Source: a bacterium (GTDB lineage: Bacteria > Patescibacteriota > Dojkabacteria > SC72). Taken from it: 64,000 bases of DNA. Below the pieces are notes generated by a model, which worked only from the letters and a program-made list of their open reading frames with translations, did no database searches and had not been told where the DNA came from. Below, piece by piece: positions 1 through 8,790 of the stretch. Position numbers and translations under genes: made by a program. The stretch spans positions 5,249 through 69,248 of the forward strand of contig JAIOSB010000021.1 of NCBI GenBank assembly GCA_021107795.1, in the 5' to 3' direction. Position 1 is the first letter of the stretch; every line of letters starts with the position of its first letter.

Positions 1-1093
1 AGTAGGGAATATCCTCTAGAAGAGATTCTTCAAAGTCGTTGAAGTATGTGTCAAGAAATTGAAGGAATTTGGTAGAGCCTTTGTATTCTTTGTGTTTAAT
101 GTTCTCTTTTTCGGTTGATATATTAAAACGGTTGTCCCAGTTAAGGACCTTTTTCCCCCAGAAAAGATATGTTTGTGTGTTGATTCCATGTACTCCTAGG
201 TTTGGTAGTACATCGGAGATGTAGTCTAGAAACATTCTGTTGGGAGCTACGATTAGGGATTTTTCAGGTAGGATTTCATCTTTGTAGTTAAAGAAGAGGT
301 AGGCAAGTCTATGGAGGAGTATTGTGGTTTTACCACTTCCTGCTACTCCTTGGATTATCGCAGGTTTATTTATCTTTCCTCTAATTATTTCATTCTGTTG
401 TTCTTGTATTGTAGATACTATATCTGCTAGTTTTTTACCGAGTCTGCTGTTGAGTTGGCTTAGTAAGAAGGCGTCTGCTGCACTGTTTCCGGTTGTTGCA
501 TTGTAGATGTTTTGTATTCTGGATCTTGATATTTCAAATTGTTTCTTTTCTTTTAGTTCTCCCTTTCTTTTACCTACGGGAGCTTCGAAATGTACTTTTT
601 TAGTTGGTCCACTGTTTTGGTAGTAGAGGTTTGCGATTGGTGCTCTCCAGTCTACTACAAGTGGTATACGAGTTTTTTTGTCTGTAACTGCAAATTTCCC
701 TATGTAGATATTCATATCTTTTTTAGTAGGTGTATCATTTGGAGTGAATATGATTTTACCAAAGTATGGGGAGTCTACCTTTATTAAGTCCTTGTTAATT
801 CTGTTTACTGTAAGTTGTATTTCTTGGAGTATTTGGTTGTATATACTTTTTGCTGCTGCTGCGTCGTCTCCAGTTTCTTGTTCTACAATATGGATTTGGT
901 CTTCTAGGTCTTGTGTTAGTCTTTCTAGTCTTGGTAGGAGCCATTCAATGCTTTTTACATTGATTTTTGTAATGTGTTCGAGGTATGGGTATTCAATCTT
1001 TTCTTGATCGTTTTTGTATTTAACATCCGAGAAGTTTTGTACTTGATCAATATCTTTGTAGAGAGGGTTGAGATATTTTTTAAAGTCCTGCAT
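1..1093 (-). CDS. HelD/UvrD-like superfamily-1 DNA helicase (3' end cut by window edge)
   Basis: Hand translation of minus strand from ATG (rc of 1091-1093): MQDFKKYLNPLYKD... continuous to position 1; contains VDWRAPIANLYYQ (HelD/helicase IV-type N-region motif) and Walker A GVAGSGKTT; absent from ORF track because it runs off the window. Confidence 0.6.
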   Translation of the reverse strand, partial: MQDFKKYLNPLYKDIDQVQNFSDVKYKNDQEKIEYPYLEHITKINVKSIEWLLPRLERLTQDLEDQIHIVEQETGDDAAAAKSIYNQILQEIQLTVNRINKDLIKVDSPYFGKIIFTPNDTPTKKDMNIYIGKFAVTDKKTRIPLVVDWRAPIANLYYQNSGPTKKVHFEAPVGKRKGELKEKKQFEISRSRIQNIYNATTGNSAADAFLLSQLNSRLGKKLADIVSTIQEQQNEIIRGKINKPAIIQGVAGSGKTTILLHRLAYLFFNYKDEILPEKSLIVAPNRMFLDYISDVLPNLGVHGINTQTYLFWGKKVLNWDNRFNISTEKENIKHKEYKGSTKFLQFLDTYFNDFEESLLEDIPY

Positions 1094-1162
1094 AAGCGCG
1101 TTTAAAAAGTTTAGGGCAAAGCATTATATCATCAATGTGTAAGAGGGTCTAGAGGTGGTTTT

Positions 1163-2113
1163 TCATTGTGTATTGTTGGTCAAAAAGGTTAGGTAATCTT
1201 CAACAATGTTTTCTGAGTTGTGTAGTACTTCATAAAGGTTGTAAGCTTGTTCGTATCCTCGATTGGTGATTCTGTCTAAACTTCTAACAGTTTTCTGTTT
1301 AATCTCCTCCGGAGTTCTATGATTTTTATCATATAGAAATTCTTTAATTATTTGAGTTACAACTTTTATTAGTGTTTCCTCCATATAGATGAATGGAGTT
1401 GTGTGAATCTTTTGTAGTTTTTTAGGAACTTCTATATGTTTTGTTAGCTCAACATGTTTTTGGAACAAACTGTTCTTCATGAGGTTTTTTTTAAAGATAC
1501 TGTGTGAGAATTCGTGTATTGCGTTTGAAATAACTGATTGTTGTACAAATTGTGTTTTGTTATCAATTTCATAAGGGCTTGTTATCGAATAAATATTGTT
1601 TTTTCTAAATAATCCGAAGCTGTGACCCAGTTCAAATATATTTGGTATGAGGATGAAGTTCATGTTGTTGTGATTAACGCCCCAAATCTTCTTTATCGAT
1701 TTCTCTACATCCCCATTAAAGTATTTCTCTATATCTTTGTTGAGAGTTTCGTGTAGGGGGAGTATCTCTGTAGTAATAAGTTCGTTGAAGTTTGTTTCTT
1801 TTGCTATTTCTTTAACTACGGGGTATATCTTTTCTGTATAGAATTTGGAGTTTTTTGGTCCAAAACCACATTCACCGTTCATTTCTTTCGATGAGAGGTC
1901 GGAGTTAGTGTGTATAGCATAGAGAGCGTATCGATAAGGGTGTATTGGATATGAATTGTGATGGTTTTGAAAGTTTTTATAAGAGGTGGCCTGAGAGTAG
2001 TTTATAAGTTTGAGAATCTTCTTTCCAAGAGGGTGGTATGGTTGATCTGGTTGGAGTTGTGCGAGTAAGGAGAAGAAGAAAAGGATGTTTTTATTAGATT
2101 TGATTTTTATCAT
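1163..2113 (-). CDS. hypothetical secreted protein with HExxH motif (putative zinc metallopeptidase)
   Basis: ORF track 316 aa; N-terminal hydrophobic stretch ILFFFSLLAQL (signal-peptide-like); HEFSH zinc-binding-type motif; no family recognised by eye. Confidence 0.35.
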   Translation of the reverse strand: MIKIKSNKNILFFFSLLAQLQPDQPYHPLGKKILKLINYSQATSYKNFQNHHNSYPIHPYRYALYAIHTNSDLSSKEMNGECGFGPKNSKFYTEKIYPVVKEIAKETNFNELITTEILPLHETLNKDIEKYFNGDVEKSIKKIWGVNHNNMNFILIPNIFELGHSFGLFRKNNIYSITSPYEIDNKTQFVQQSVISNAIHEFSHSIFKKNLMKNSLFQKHVELTKHIEVPKKLQKIHTTPFIYMEETLIKVVTQIIKEFLYDKNHRTPEEIKQKTVRSLDRITNRGYEQAYNLYEVLHNSENIVEDYLTFLTNNTQ

Positions 2114-2137
2114 AGGTGGTTTGTTAATATGAAGCTT

Positions 2138-2173
2138 GCCCGAGGGTGTAAAAAGTTTTTTACACCCCCGGGC
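2138..2173. terminator. GC-rich stem-loop (about 15 bp stem, 4-nt loop) directly downstream of the small peptide gene; putative terminator or RNA-stability element
   Basis: gcccgagggtgtaaaa / ttttacacccccgggc pair with one mismatch; strongly GC-rich relative to surroundings; no clean U-tract on either strand. Confidence 0.45.
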
Positions 2174-2193
2174 GTCTTGAGGAACTTTAGAGT

Positions 2194-2319
2194 CTAGTCT
2201 GTATCATAACATTCTCCGACACCACTAGAGTTATCTTCGAGTTCGCAAGCGCAACCATTGTTCGCATAGACTGAACTCGTGTCTTCAAGACTTACGACTT
2301 TACCAAAAAGTTCTGACAT
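2194..2319 (-). CDS. small acidic Cys-containing peptide, candidate RiPP precursor (41 aa)
   Basis: Hand translation: MSELFGKVVSLEDTSSVYANNGCACELEDNSSGVGECYDTD, stop TAG; AGGAG 7 nt upstream of ATG; lies 19 bp downstream of and co-oriented with the radical-SAM/SPASM gene; below the ORF-track length cutoff. Confidence 0.55.
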   Translation of the reverse strand: MSELFGKVVSLEDTSSVYANNGCACELEDNSSGVGECYDTD

Positions 2320-2338
2320 GATATTTTCTCCTTTTCTG

Positions 2339-3637
2339 TTAGGCTTCCAATTTTGTGATGAGAATGTTGAAAAGCATAGCTTTTGTTAATAAACAGTGCT
2401 CTTCTGACATTTTCCCATTGTTACTTAATCTTGTATGGTGGCACCCACCTGTGCAGTACCACTTTGCAAAGCAATCGTGACATTGTTTGAAGTTTTGAAT
2501 ACTCAAACCTCTAAGGAAGGAGACTTTTTCGTGATCAAAATGAAAATCTCCATTTGAGTCAATATTGCCTATGATGAAACGATTGGACAATTCATCCTGT
2601 GATCTTGTTACCCTGGTGCAGGATGAAATTTGTCCATCCGGCAAAACACAAAACATTTCTCCATTACCAGCACAAAACTCCGTTTTGGTAATAAGTTTAT
2701 GAGAATATGTTGACTTGAAAATCACACCAAGTTGATCTGCAAGCTTTTTAGCATCATTATAGGCTAGGAAGAAATCCTTATAGGAAACTTCAATCATCTC
2801 CTTTGTTGCACGACCTGTTAGAGTTAAAGGCTCAACTTTTAGGCTACACCCAAAAGCTTTGGCTATAAGAAGGAGCTCCTTTATTCGATGTATATTGTTT
2901 TGAGTAATTGTTGCTCTTATACTAAAGTCAACATGATGTTTTTCTAAGAACAACATTCCTCGGATACAATCATCGAATGATCCCCTTCCATTGGCTTTTA
3001 CTCTTTGAAGGTCGTGAACATCTTTTGGGCCATCTAGTGATACTGTTATGTGGAAATTGTTTTCTTTTAACCACTTTGCTTTCTTATCGGTTATTAATGT
3101 TCCATTTGTTACGAGGGAAAACTTAGTGGTGTTATTCCAGAGTCTCTTTACCTCTTCAGTTGCTTTCTGCAACTTGTTCCATTCTACTGTAGCCTCTCCA
3201 CCTCCATGAAATAGAAGTTTGAATGTTTTCTTTCCTACTTTTCTACTAGCTTTGATGGAAATTTTAATTGCCTGTTGGATAGTTTCCCAAGGGATACTAT
3301 CGTGTGTATCACCAGCAAAAGCGTAGCAGTATTTACATCTCAAATTACAGTTAGATGTTAGAGATAGGATTAAGTTTATTGGTTCATACTTTTTACCTCT
3401 CCTTGTTGCTATTTTTGGTAAGGGACCACTTAGTCCGTTTTCCTTCAGGAAAACTTCTAGCTCAGGATCAAGCTTGTTATTCAGAAAATAGTCTGTTAAC
3501 TTCTTGTAACCTCCTTTGTTTTTGATTGGAAAAAGTTTCTTTCGAAGTGGTGCGTACACTAACATGGTATTACCAGAACTGAGGATGTACAAATCTGTGC
3601 TAATCTTTTTGGACAAAATTTGGGGAGTTGAATTCAT
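2339..3637 (-). CDS. radical SAM / SPASM-domain peptide-modifying enzyme (anSME / ranthipeptide-sactipeptide maturase-like)
   Basis: CNLRCKYC (Cx3Cx2C) after a roughly 95-aa N-terminal extension (possible RRE); C-terminal Cys-rich SPASM region CAGNGEMFC...CTRV...CHDCFAKWYCTGGCHH...HC (8 Cys); AAGGA RBS upstream. Confidence 0.8.
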   Translation of the reverse strand: MNSTPQILSKKISTDLYILSSGNTMLVYAPLRKKLFPIKNKGGYKKLTDYFLNNKLDPELEVFLKENGLSGPLPKIATRRGKKYEPINLILSLTSNCNLRCKYCYAFAGDTHDSIPWETIQQAIKISIKASRKVGKKTFKLLFHGGGEATVEWNKLQKATEEVKRLWNNTTKFSLVTNGTLITDKKAKWLKENNFHITVSLDGPKDVHDLQRVKANGRGSFDDCIRGMLFLEKHHVDFSIRATITQNNIHRIKELLLIAKAFGCSLKVEPLTLTGRATKEMIEVSYKDFFLAYNDAKKLADQLGVIFKSTYSHKLITKTEFCAGNGEMFCVLPDGQISSCTRVTRSQDELSNRFIIGNIDSNGDFHFDHEKVSFLRGLSIQNFKQCHDCFAKWYCTGGCHHTRLSNNGKMSEEHCLLTKAMLFNILITKLEA

Positions 3638-3779
3638 GACATAGTCCTTTTTGTTATTAATGAGCTAGTCGAATGCTGGAATATATCACAAATGTCCTGG
3701 TATTGCAAGGGAATCTAGGGGTTTCCCATTGTATGAGGAATTTGATAATATGCTGGTATAGTTTATAATCTACATTATT

Positions 3780-4307
3780 ATGAAGAAGGTAATTATTGTC
3801 TCTCAAAATCCCGTCAAGATTCAGGCTGTTAAGAATGGCTTTAAGAAAATGTTCCCTAATCAAGAATTTGAGTTTATTGGTATAACTGTTCCTTCAAATG
3901 TCTCTGATCAGCCTTCTAGTAATGAGGAGACTTTCATTGGAGCAAAGAATAGAGTCGACAATGCATCCAACGAGATAAATGACGCTGATTTTTATGTCGG
4001 TATGGAAAGTGGGATTGAATATATTAAAAATGAAATGGAGGCTTTTGCTTGGGTGGTTGTAAAGTCGGCTGGTAAGTATGGTAAATCAAGGACGGCAACA
4101 TTTTTTCTTCCAACAGAAGTTGTTAAACTTATTAAAGAAGGGAAAGAGCTTGGTGAAGTGGATGATATTGTATTTAAAAGGAAAAACTCTAAACATGCAA
4201 ATGGGACTGTTGGGATTTTGACAGAAAATGTAATCGATAGAACAGGATATTGCACAGACGCAGTAATATTGTCTTTAATCCCCTTTAAGAACGTTGATTT
4301 ATATTAA
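3780..4307 (+). CDS. yjjX: inosine/xanthosine triphosphatase, YjjX family
   Basis: 175 aa; SDQPSSNEETFIGAKNR, ATFFLP, GTVGILT...AVILSLIPF match the YjjX/NTPase family along full length. Confidence 0.8.
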   Translation: MKKVIIVSQNPVKIQAVKNGFKKMFPNQEFEFIGITVPSNVSDQPSSNEETFIGAKNRVDNASNEINDADFYVGMESGIEYIKNEMEAFAWVVVKSAGKYGKSRTATFFLPTEVVKLIKEGKELGEVDDIVFKRKNSKHANGTVGILTENVIDRTGYCTDAVILSLIPFKNVDLY

Positions 4308-5335
4308 AAAATCTCTTTAATCACCCCACCCCCTATACACTCCTGCCTTTTGTAAAGTACTAAGCTCTGTCCAATAGAGGGTGTCCAAACCTTCCCTTTA
4401 AAAACAATTGTTTTACTATCCCAATCTACACTACACCTACTACCCCTTGCCCTATACCTCACTACTCCTGTTAAGCCCTTTGTAATATTAATATTCTCTT
4501 TGTTTATAAAACTAAAATCTTTTAGAATGAAAGTATCCTTCCAAAGATATGGATTGTACTTACCCTTTGCTACAAATATTGTATTGGTAGAGATATCCTT
4601 CTTGGCTACAAAGTAAGGCAAATCACTTCCTCCTACTAAGATACCCCTTCTCTGACCTAAAGTGAGTGAATGAATACCTGAGTGTCTTCCTACAACTTCT
4701 TTTGTATCAATATCTATAATATCTCCCTCCTTGTTTATAATATGCTCATCAAGATACTCACTAAGAGAGGTGTCTATGAAACATACCTCTTGACTGTCTT
4801 TTTTACTCATATTTGGCAGAGATAGGCTTTGAGCTTGCTTTCTTACCATCTCCTTAGTCATATTACCAATGGGAAAGATGGTTCTCCTTAAGATATCCTC
4901 TGATATACCACTGAGGAAATATGATTGATCCTTTCCACGATCTCTTCCTCTAAAAAGTTTTCCATCTTTTGTTTTACAGTAGTGTCCAGTAGCGATTAGG
5001 TCTGCACCATTATCAAAACACCAGTTAGCAAAGATACCAAATTTGAATTTAATGTTACAATTAACACATGGGTTTGGAGTCTTTCCTTCTTTGTATGATT
5101 TTATAAAAGGCGAGATTACACTCTTTTCAAAATTTTCTTGAAAATCAACAATCTCAAGTGGAATACCAATATGCTTTGCAATGGACTTAGCTTCTTCCTC
5201 TGCTACTTTGTTACACTGCTCATTGTGTGTATTTCTAAACATTACTGCAGTTACATCATATTTCTTTGTTAGTAGAAATGCAGAGACCGCACTATCTACT
5301 CCCCCTGAGAATCCTACAAATACTTTCTTTTTCAT
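4304..5335 (-). CDS. mnmA: tRNA-specific 2-thiouridylase MnmA
   Basis: 343 aa; N-terminal PP-loop VGFSGGVDSAV; full-length MnmA-like. Confidence 0.9.
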   Translation of the reverse strand: MKKKVFVGFSGGVDSAVSAFLLTKKYDVTAVMFRNTHNEQCNKVAEEEAKSIAKHIGIPLEIVDFQENFEKSVISPFIKSYKEGKTPNPCVNCNIKFKFGIFANWCFDNGADLIATGHYCKTKDGKLFRGRDRGKDQSYFLSGISEDILRRTIFPIGNMTKEMVRKQAQSLSLPNMSKKDSQEVCFIDTSLSEYLDEHIINKEGDIIDIDTKEVVGRHSGIHSLTLGQRRGILVGGSDLPYFVAKKDISTNTIFVAKGKYNPYLWKDTFILKDFSFINKENINITKGLTGVVRYRARGSRCSVDWDSKTIVFKGKVWTPSIGQSLVLYKRQECIGGGVIKEIF

Positions 5336-5358
5336 ATATTAGAGTATATCATGGATAA

Positions 5359-5889
5359 ATGAGTAACCATCTTAAACTTTTGATATATATTGGCACTATT
5401 GTAGGGATATTTTGCCTAGTTCAGGAGAAGTTTGATTTGTTTAATGTGAGATTGATAGATGGTAATGGTGAACAGGTAGAGAATATGGACAATAAAGAAG
5501 GGGAGGAGGATGAGAAGTACTTGGAAATATATATTCCTAATGGGCTTAGGGTAAGAGTGAATGTGGAGGTTGTTGATACAGAGGACAGTAGAGCAAAGGG
5601 GTTGTCCTCAAGAAGATATTTAGGAGATTATGATGGTATGTTGTTTGTGTTTGAGAAGGAAGTAGACAATCCTTTTTGGATGAAGGATATGTTGATTCCA
5701 ATAGATATTATCTTTATTGATTCCAAGGGGTATATTGTTGATATTAAGGTTGATGAACAACCGTGTGATGCTACATATTGTCCACAGATTTATTCTAAGG
5801 ATCCTTATCGATATGTTTTAGAGGTTAATGCTGGTTTTTGTGAGGAGAATGAGATTGAGATAGGTTACAGTATGGTACAATATCTCTAG
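5359..5889 (+). CDS. DUF192 (COG1430) family protein with N-terminal membrane anchor
   Basis: GMLFVF...FWMKDMLIPIDIIFID...RYVLEVNAGF match the DUF192 consensus. Confidence 0.65.
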   Translation: MSNHLKLLIYIGTIVGIFCLVQEKFDLFNVRLIDGNGEQVENMDNKEGEEDEKYLEIYIPNGLRVRVNVEVVDTEDSRAKGLSSRRYLGDYDGMLFVFEKEVDNPFWMKDMLIPIDIIFIDSKGYIVDIKVDEQPCDATYCPQIYSKDPYRYVLEVNAGFCEENEIEIGYSMVQYL

Positions 5890-5908
5890 TAATTTTAAAT
5901 CTGACTGT

Positions 5909-6529
5909 ATGATTGAGAATATTGTTGTTTGGCTAACCTCTCTTATTGAATCCTCAGGGTACTTTGGGGTTGGGCTTGCAATGTTTATTGAAAGTTTCTT
6001 TGCCCCTATTCCTAGTGAATTAATTCTTCCATTTGCTGGGTTTGTTGCTTCTAGGACAGATCAGGTATTGGTAATTTCTATTCTTGTTGCTTCGGTTTGT
6101 GCATATCTTGGGTCTTTACCGTTTTACTTTCTTGGTATTTGGGGAGAGGATTTTGTGAACAGGTTTCTTAAGAGGTATGGGAAGTACTTCTTTATTGAAG
6201 AAAGCGATGTTAAGAAAGGCTTTGAGGTGTTTGAGAGGTATGGGAGTGGTATTATCTTTTTTGGAAGGTTAATTCCAATCATTAGGACTGTGATATCTTT
6301 CCCAGCGGGTGTAGCTAAGACTTCTTTTCTTAAATTTTCTGTATATACACTACTTGGGAGTGCTATTTGGTCAACTCTTTTGGCTACAGCAGGGTATCTG
6401 TTGGGTGAGCAGTGGGAATTAGTTGGTGTGTGGTTGTCTCAGTATGAGAATGTTGTAATATTTTGTGGTGTAGCTACCGTGGTTGGTTATGTAGTCTTTC
6501 TAATTGCTCGAAGAAGTAGGAAGAAGTAG
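5909..6529 (+). CDS. DedA/SNARE-associated family membrane protein
   Basis: 206 aa multi-TM; GYFGVGLAMFIESFFAPIPSELILPFAGF is the classical DedA N-region. Confidence 0.75.
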   Translation: MIENIVVWLTSLIESSGYFGVGLAMFIESFFAPIPSELILPFAGFVASRTDQVLVISILVASVCAYLGSLPFYFLGIWGEDFVNRFLKRYGKYFFIEESDVKKGFEVFERYGSGIIFFGRLIPIIRTVISFPAGVAKTSFLKFSVYTLLGSAIWSTLLATAGYLLGEQWELVGVWLSQYENVVIFCGVATVVGYVVFLIARRSRKK

Positions 6530-6532
6530 AAA

Positions 6533-8071
6533 CTAAAATTCTGTGTAATTTCGTATTAGACTACTTCCTGTCATCTCTATTGGTTGTGCTATTCCCAGAA
6601 GTTGTAGGATTGTAGGAGCAATATCTCTAAGAGATCCATATGGTAATACATGAGGGTTAATTTTAGTGCCAACGAGAGTGAATGGTACAGGATTGAGAGA
6701 ATGTTCTGTATCCATTTCTCCTGTATCTAAATTAATGAGTTCTTCTGCATTCCCATGGTCTGCGGTGATGATAACGGAACCACCTTTACTGATAAATGCG
6801 CGTGTTAGAATCTTTGTGTAGTGGTCGACGGTTTGTACAGCTTTTATGGAGGCCTCTATATTCCCAGTGTGGCCTACCATATCGGGATTGGCGAAGTTTA
6901 CAAGTATGAAGTCGTAGAGGTTTGAGTTTATTCTGCTTATCAATATATCAGTCATTTTCTCTGCAGACATTTCTGGCATTTCATCGTAAAGTGATACATC
7001 AGGGGAAGGGATATTAATTCTGTCCTCATTATCGTACTGTACAGAGATTCCACCATTGAAAAAGTACGTCACATGAGGGAATTTCTCCGATTCGGATATT
7101 CTTAGCTGTTTTAAACCGTAGCTACTGATGATTCTGCCAAGTGGTAGTGATATGTACTGTTTAGGTACCAAGATATTTGTAGGGTAGTCTTTTCTGTACT
7201 CTACCATTGCAGCATAGAAGGTTTCTGGAATGAATTCTCTTTGGAATGTGTTTAATTTAGAATCTGTGAATGCTTTTGAGAGTTGGAGTGCTCTGTCAGC
7301 CCTAAAGTTCATGTGGAAGATGGCGTCTCCTGATTTAATTTTTGTTTGTACAATTACGCTTGGTTTTATAAATTCATCAGAGAAACCTTGTACGTAGGAG
7401 GCTGATATTGCATCTGCGTAATTTTCGAATTTTGTACCAACACCGTTGGCGATCAAGTCATATGCTAGTTTAGTCCTGTCCCAAGCCCCATTCCTGTCCA
7501 TACCAAATCTCCTCCCACATACTGTCGCTATCTCTCCTACACCATTTTTGTTGATATGGAATTGTAGCTTGTCTAGAAATTTCTTTGCTTCTTCGGTGGG
7601 TGTATCTCTTCCGTCTGTGAATATATGGAAGTAGATTTTGTTTTGAAAGTTGTTTTGTGCAAAGAATTTTAATGTAGAAATGAAGTGATTAATATGGCTG
7701 TGTACTGAACCGTCGCTTAGTAATCCTAGTATATGGATATTTCCTTTGTTTTGTAGGGCATATTTAAGACCTTTGGTGAGTGCGTCACATTGAAAGAGCG
7801 CCCCTGTTTTAATGGCTTTGTTGATTCTTGGTAAATTTTGATTAACGATTTGACCAGATCCAATGTTTTGGTGTCCAACCTCACTGTTTCCTTTTACATT
7901 TTTTGGTAGGCCAACGGCTTGGCCAGAGGCTAGTAGGTATGTGTGTGGGTTGGTGTTCCAGAGTGAGGAGAGGTTGGTAGGGTTGGCTAGTACAACAGCA
8001 TTTCCTTTACTTTTTGGGGCAACTCCTAGTCCGTCTAGGATTATGAGGAGTACTTTTTGTTTTGCGATCAT
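6533..8071 (-). CDS. gpmI: 2,3-bisphosphoglycerate-independent phosphoglycerate mutase
   Basis: 512 aa; LIILDGLG, TADHGNAEE, full-length iPGM similarity. Confidence 0.9.
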   Translation of the reverse strand: MIAKQKVLLIILDGLGVAPKSKGNAVVLANPTNLSSLWNTNPHTYLLASGQAVGLPKNVKGNSEVGHQNIGSGQIVNQNLPRINKAIKTGALFQCDALTKGLKYALQNKGNIHILGLLSDGSVHSHINHFISTLKFFAQNNFQNKIYFHIFTDGRDTPTEEAKKFLDKLQFHINKNGVGEIATVCGRRFGMDRNGAWDRTKLAYDLIANGVGTKFENYADAISASYVQGFSDEFIKPSVIVQTKIKSGDAIFHMNFRADRALQLSKAFTDSKLNTFQREFIPETFYAAMVEYRKDYPTNILVPKQYISLPLGRIISSYGLKQLRISESEKFPHVTYFFNGGISVQYDNEDRINIPSPDVSLYDEMPEMSAEKMTDILISRINSNLYDFILVNFANPDMVGHTGNIEASIKAVQTVDHYTKILTRAFISKGGSVIITADHGNAEELINLDTGEMDTEHSLNPVPFTLVGTKINPHVLPYGSLRDIAPTILQLLGIAQPIEMTGSSLIRNYTEF

Positions 8072-8164
8072 ATGTATATTGTGGCATATTTCTTGATTTT
8101 ATTCTATAATTACACCGCTAAGTGACAATTTTCACTTGATTATATTAAATAATTATTAATAAAG

Positions 8165-8635
8165 ATGGATAGTACAATGTTAAAAGGTATTGAGGAAGGG
8201 CAATACAAGAAGAGGCCTGATGTAAGAGTTGGGGATACTGTTAAATTGCATATGAAGATTAAAGAGGGTAGTAAGGAGAGGGTTCAGGTTTTTGAAGGGG
8301 TTGTTATCGCTATTAAAGGTTCTGGGATAAATAGGAATATGACAGTTAGAAAGATTTCATATAGTGTGGGTGTAGAGAAGATAGTCCCTTTTCATGCTCC
8401 TACGTTAGAGAAGATAGAGGTAGTTAAGAGGGGTAGTGTAAGAAGATCAAAGCTTTACTATCTTAGGGATAGAGTGGGTAAGAAGGCTCTTAAGGTTGGT
8501 ACTACTTCAGATGTTTATCTCACAGATGAGAAAGAAAAGGCTCCTATTAAGAAAAAGGTGAAGAAAAAAGAGGTAAAGAAAGTGAAGGAAGTCAAGAAAG
8601 AGAAGGTGAAGAAAGAAGAAGTTGCATCTAAGTAG
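8165..8635 (+). CDS. rplS: 50S ribosomal protein L19 with lysine-rich C-terminal extension
   Basis: N-terminal 115 aa match L19 ([10 protein letters not shown]...[11 protein letters not shown]...); C-terminal [24 protein letters not shown] tail. Confidence 0.9.
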   Translation: MDSTMLKGIEEGQYKKRPDVRVGDTVKLHMKIKEGSKERVQVFEGVVIAIKGSGINRNMTVRKISYSVGVEKIVPFHAPTLEKIEVVKRGSVRRSKLYYLRDRVGKKALKVGTTSDVYLTDEKEKAPIKKKVKKKEVKKVKEVKKEKVKKEEVASK

Positions 8636-8663
8636 TTGTTATTATATATTTTAATGTACTACT

Positions 8664-8740
8664 GCGAGAGTAGTTCAATTGGTTAGAATATCTGTTTTCC
8701 AAACAGAGGGTTGCGGGTTCGAGTCCCGTCTCTCGCTCCA
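8664..8740 (+). tRNA. tRNA-Gly (anticodon UCC)
   Basis: Cloverleaf by hand: acceptor GCGAGAG/CTCTCGC, anticodon stem TCTGT/ACAGA, loop TTTCCAA (U33, UCC, A37), T-loop TTCGAGT, discriminator U73, encoded CCA. Confidence 0.8.
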
Positions 8741-8790
8741 AGTGAATATCTGCCCTAATATAGCTAATATTTTAGGGAAACTCTACAACA

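Noticed and set aside
324-1007. Plus-strand ORFs 324..506, 590..787, 744..1007 from the track
   Set aside because: They lie antisense inside the minus-strand helicase gene, which has clear Walker A and HelD motifs. Low-complexity translations; spurious.
2138-2173. Calling the GC-rich hairpin a canonical rho-independent terminator
   Set aside because: No U-tract follows the stem on either strand. Kept only as putative terminator/stability element.
3657-4255. ORFs 3657..3863(-) and 3992..4255(-)
   Set aside because: They overlap the divergent promoter and the well-supported yjjX gene in antisense. No motifs; spurious.
8664-8740. First-pass call of this tRNA as tRNA-Trp (CCA)
   Set aside because: On careful folding, the 7-nt anticodon loop is TTTCCAA with anticodon UCC, and the discriminator is U73, both typical of bacterial tRNA-Gly. 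The CCA reading required a non-canonical 5-nt loop.
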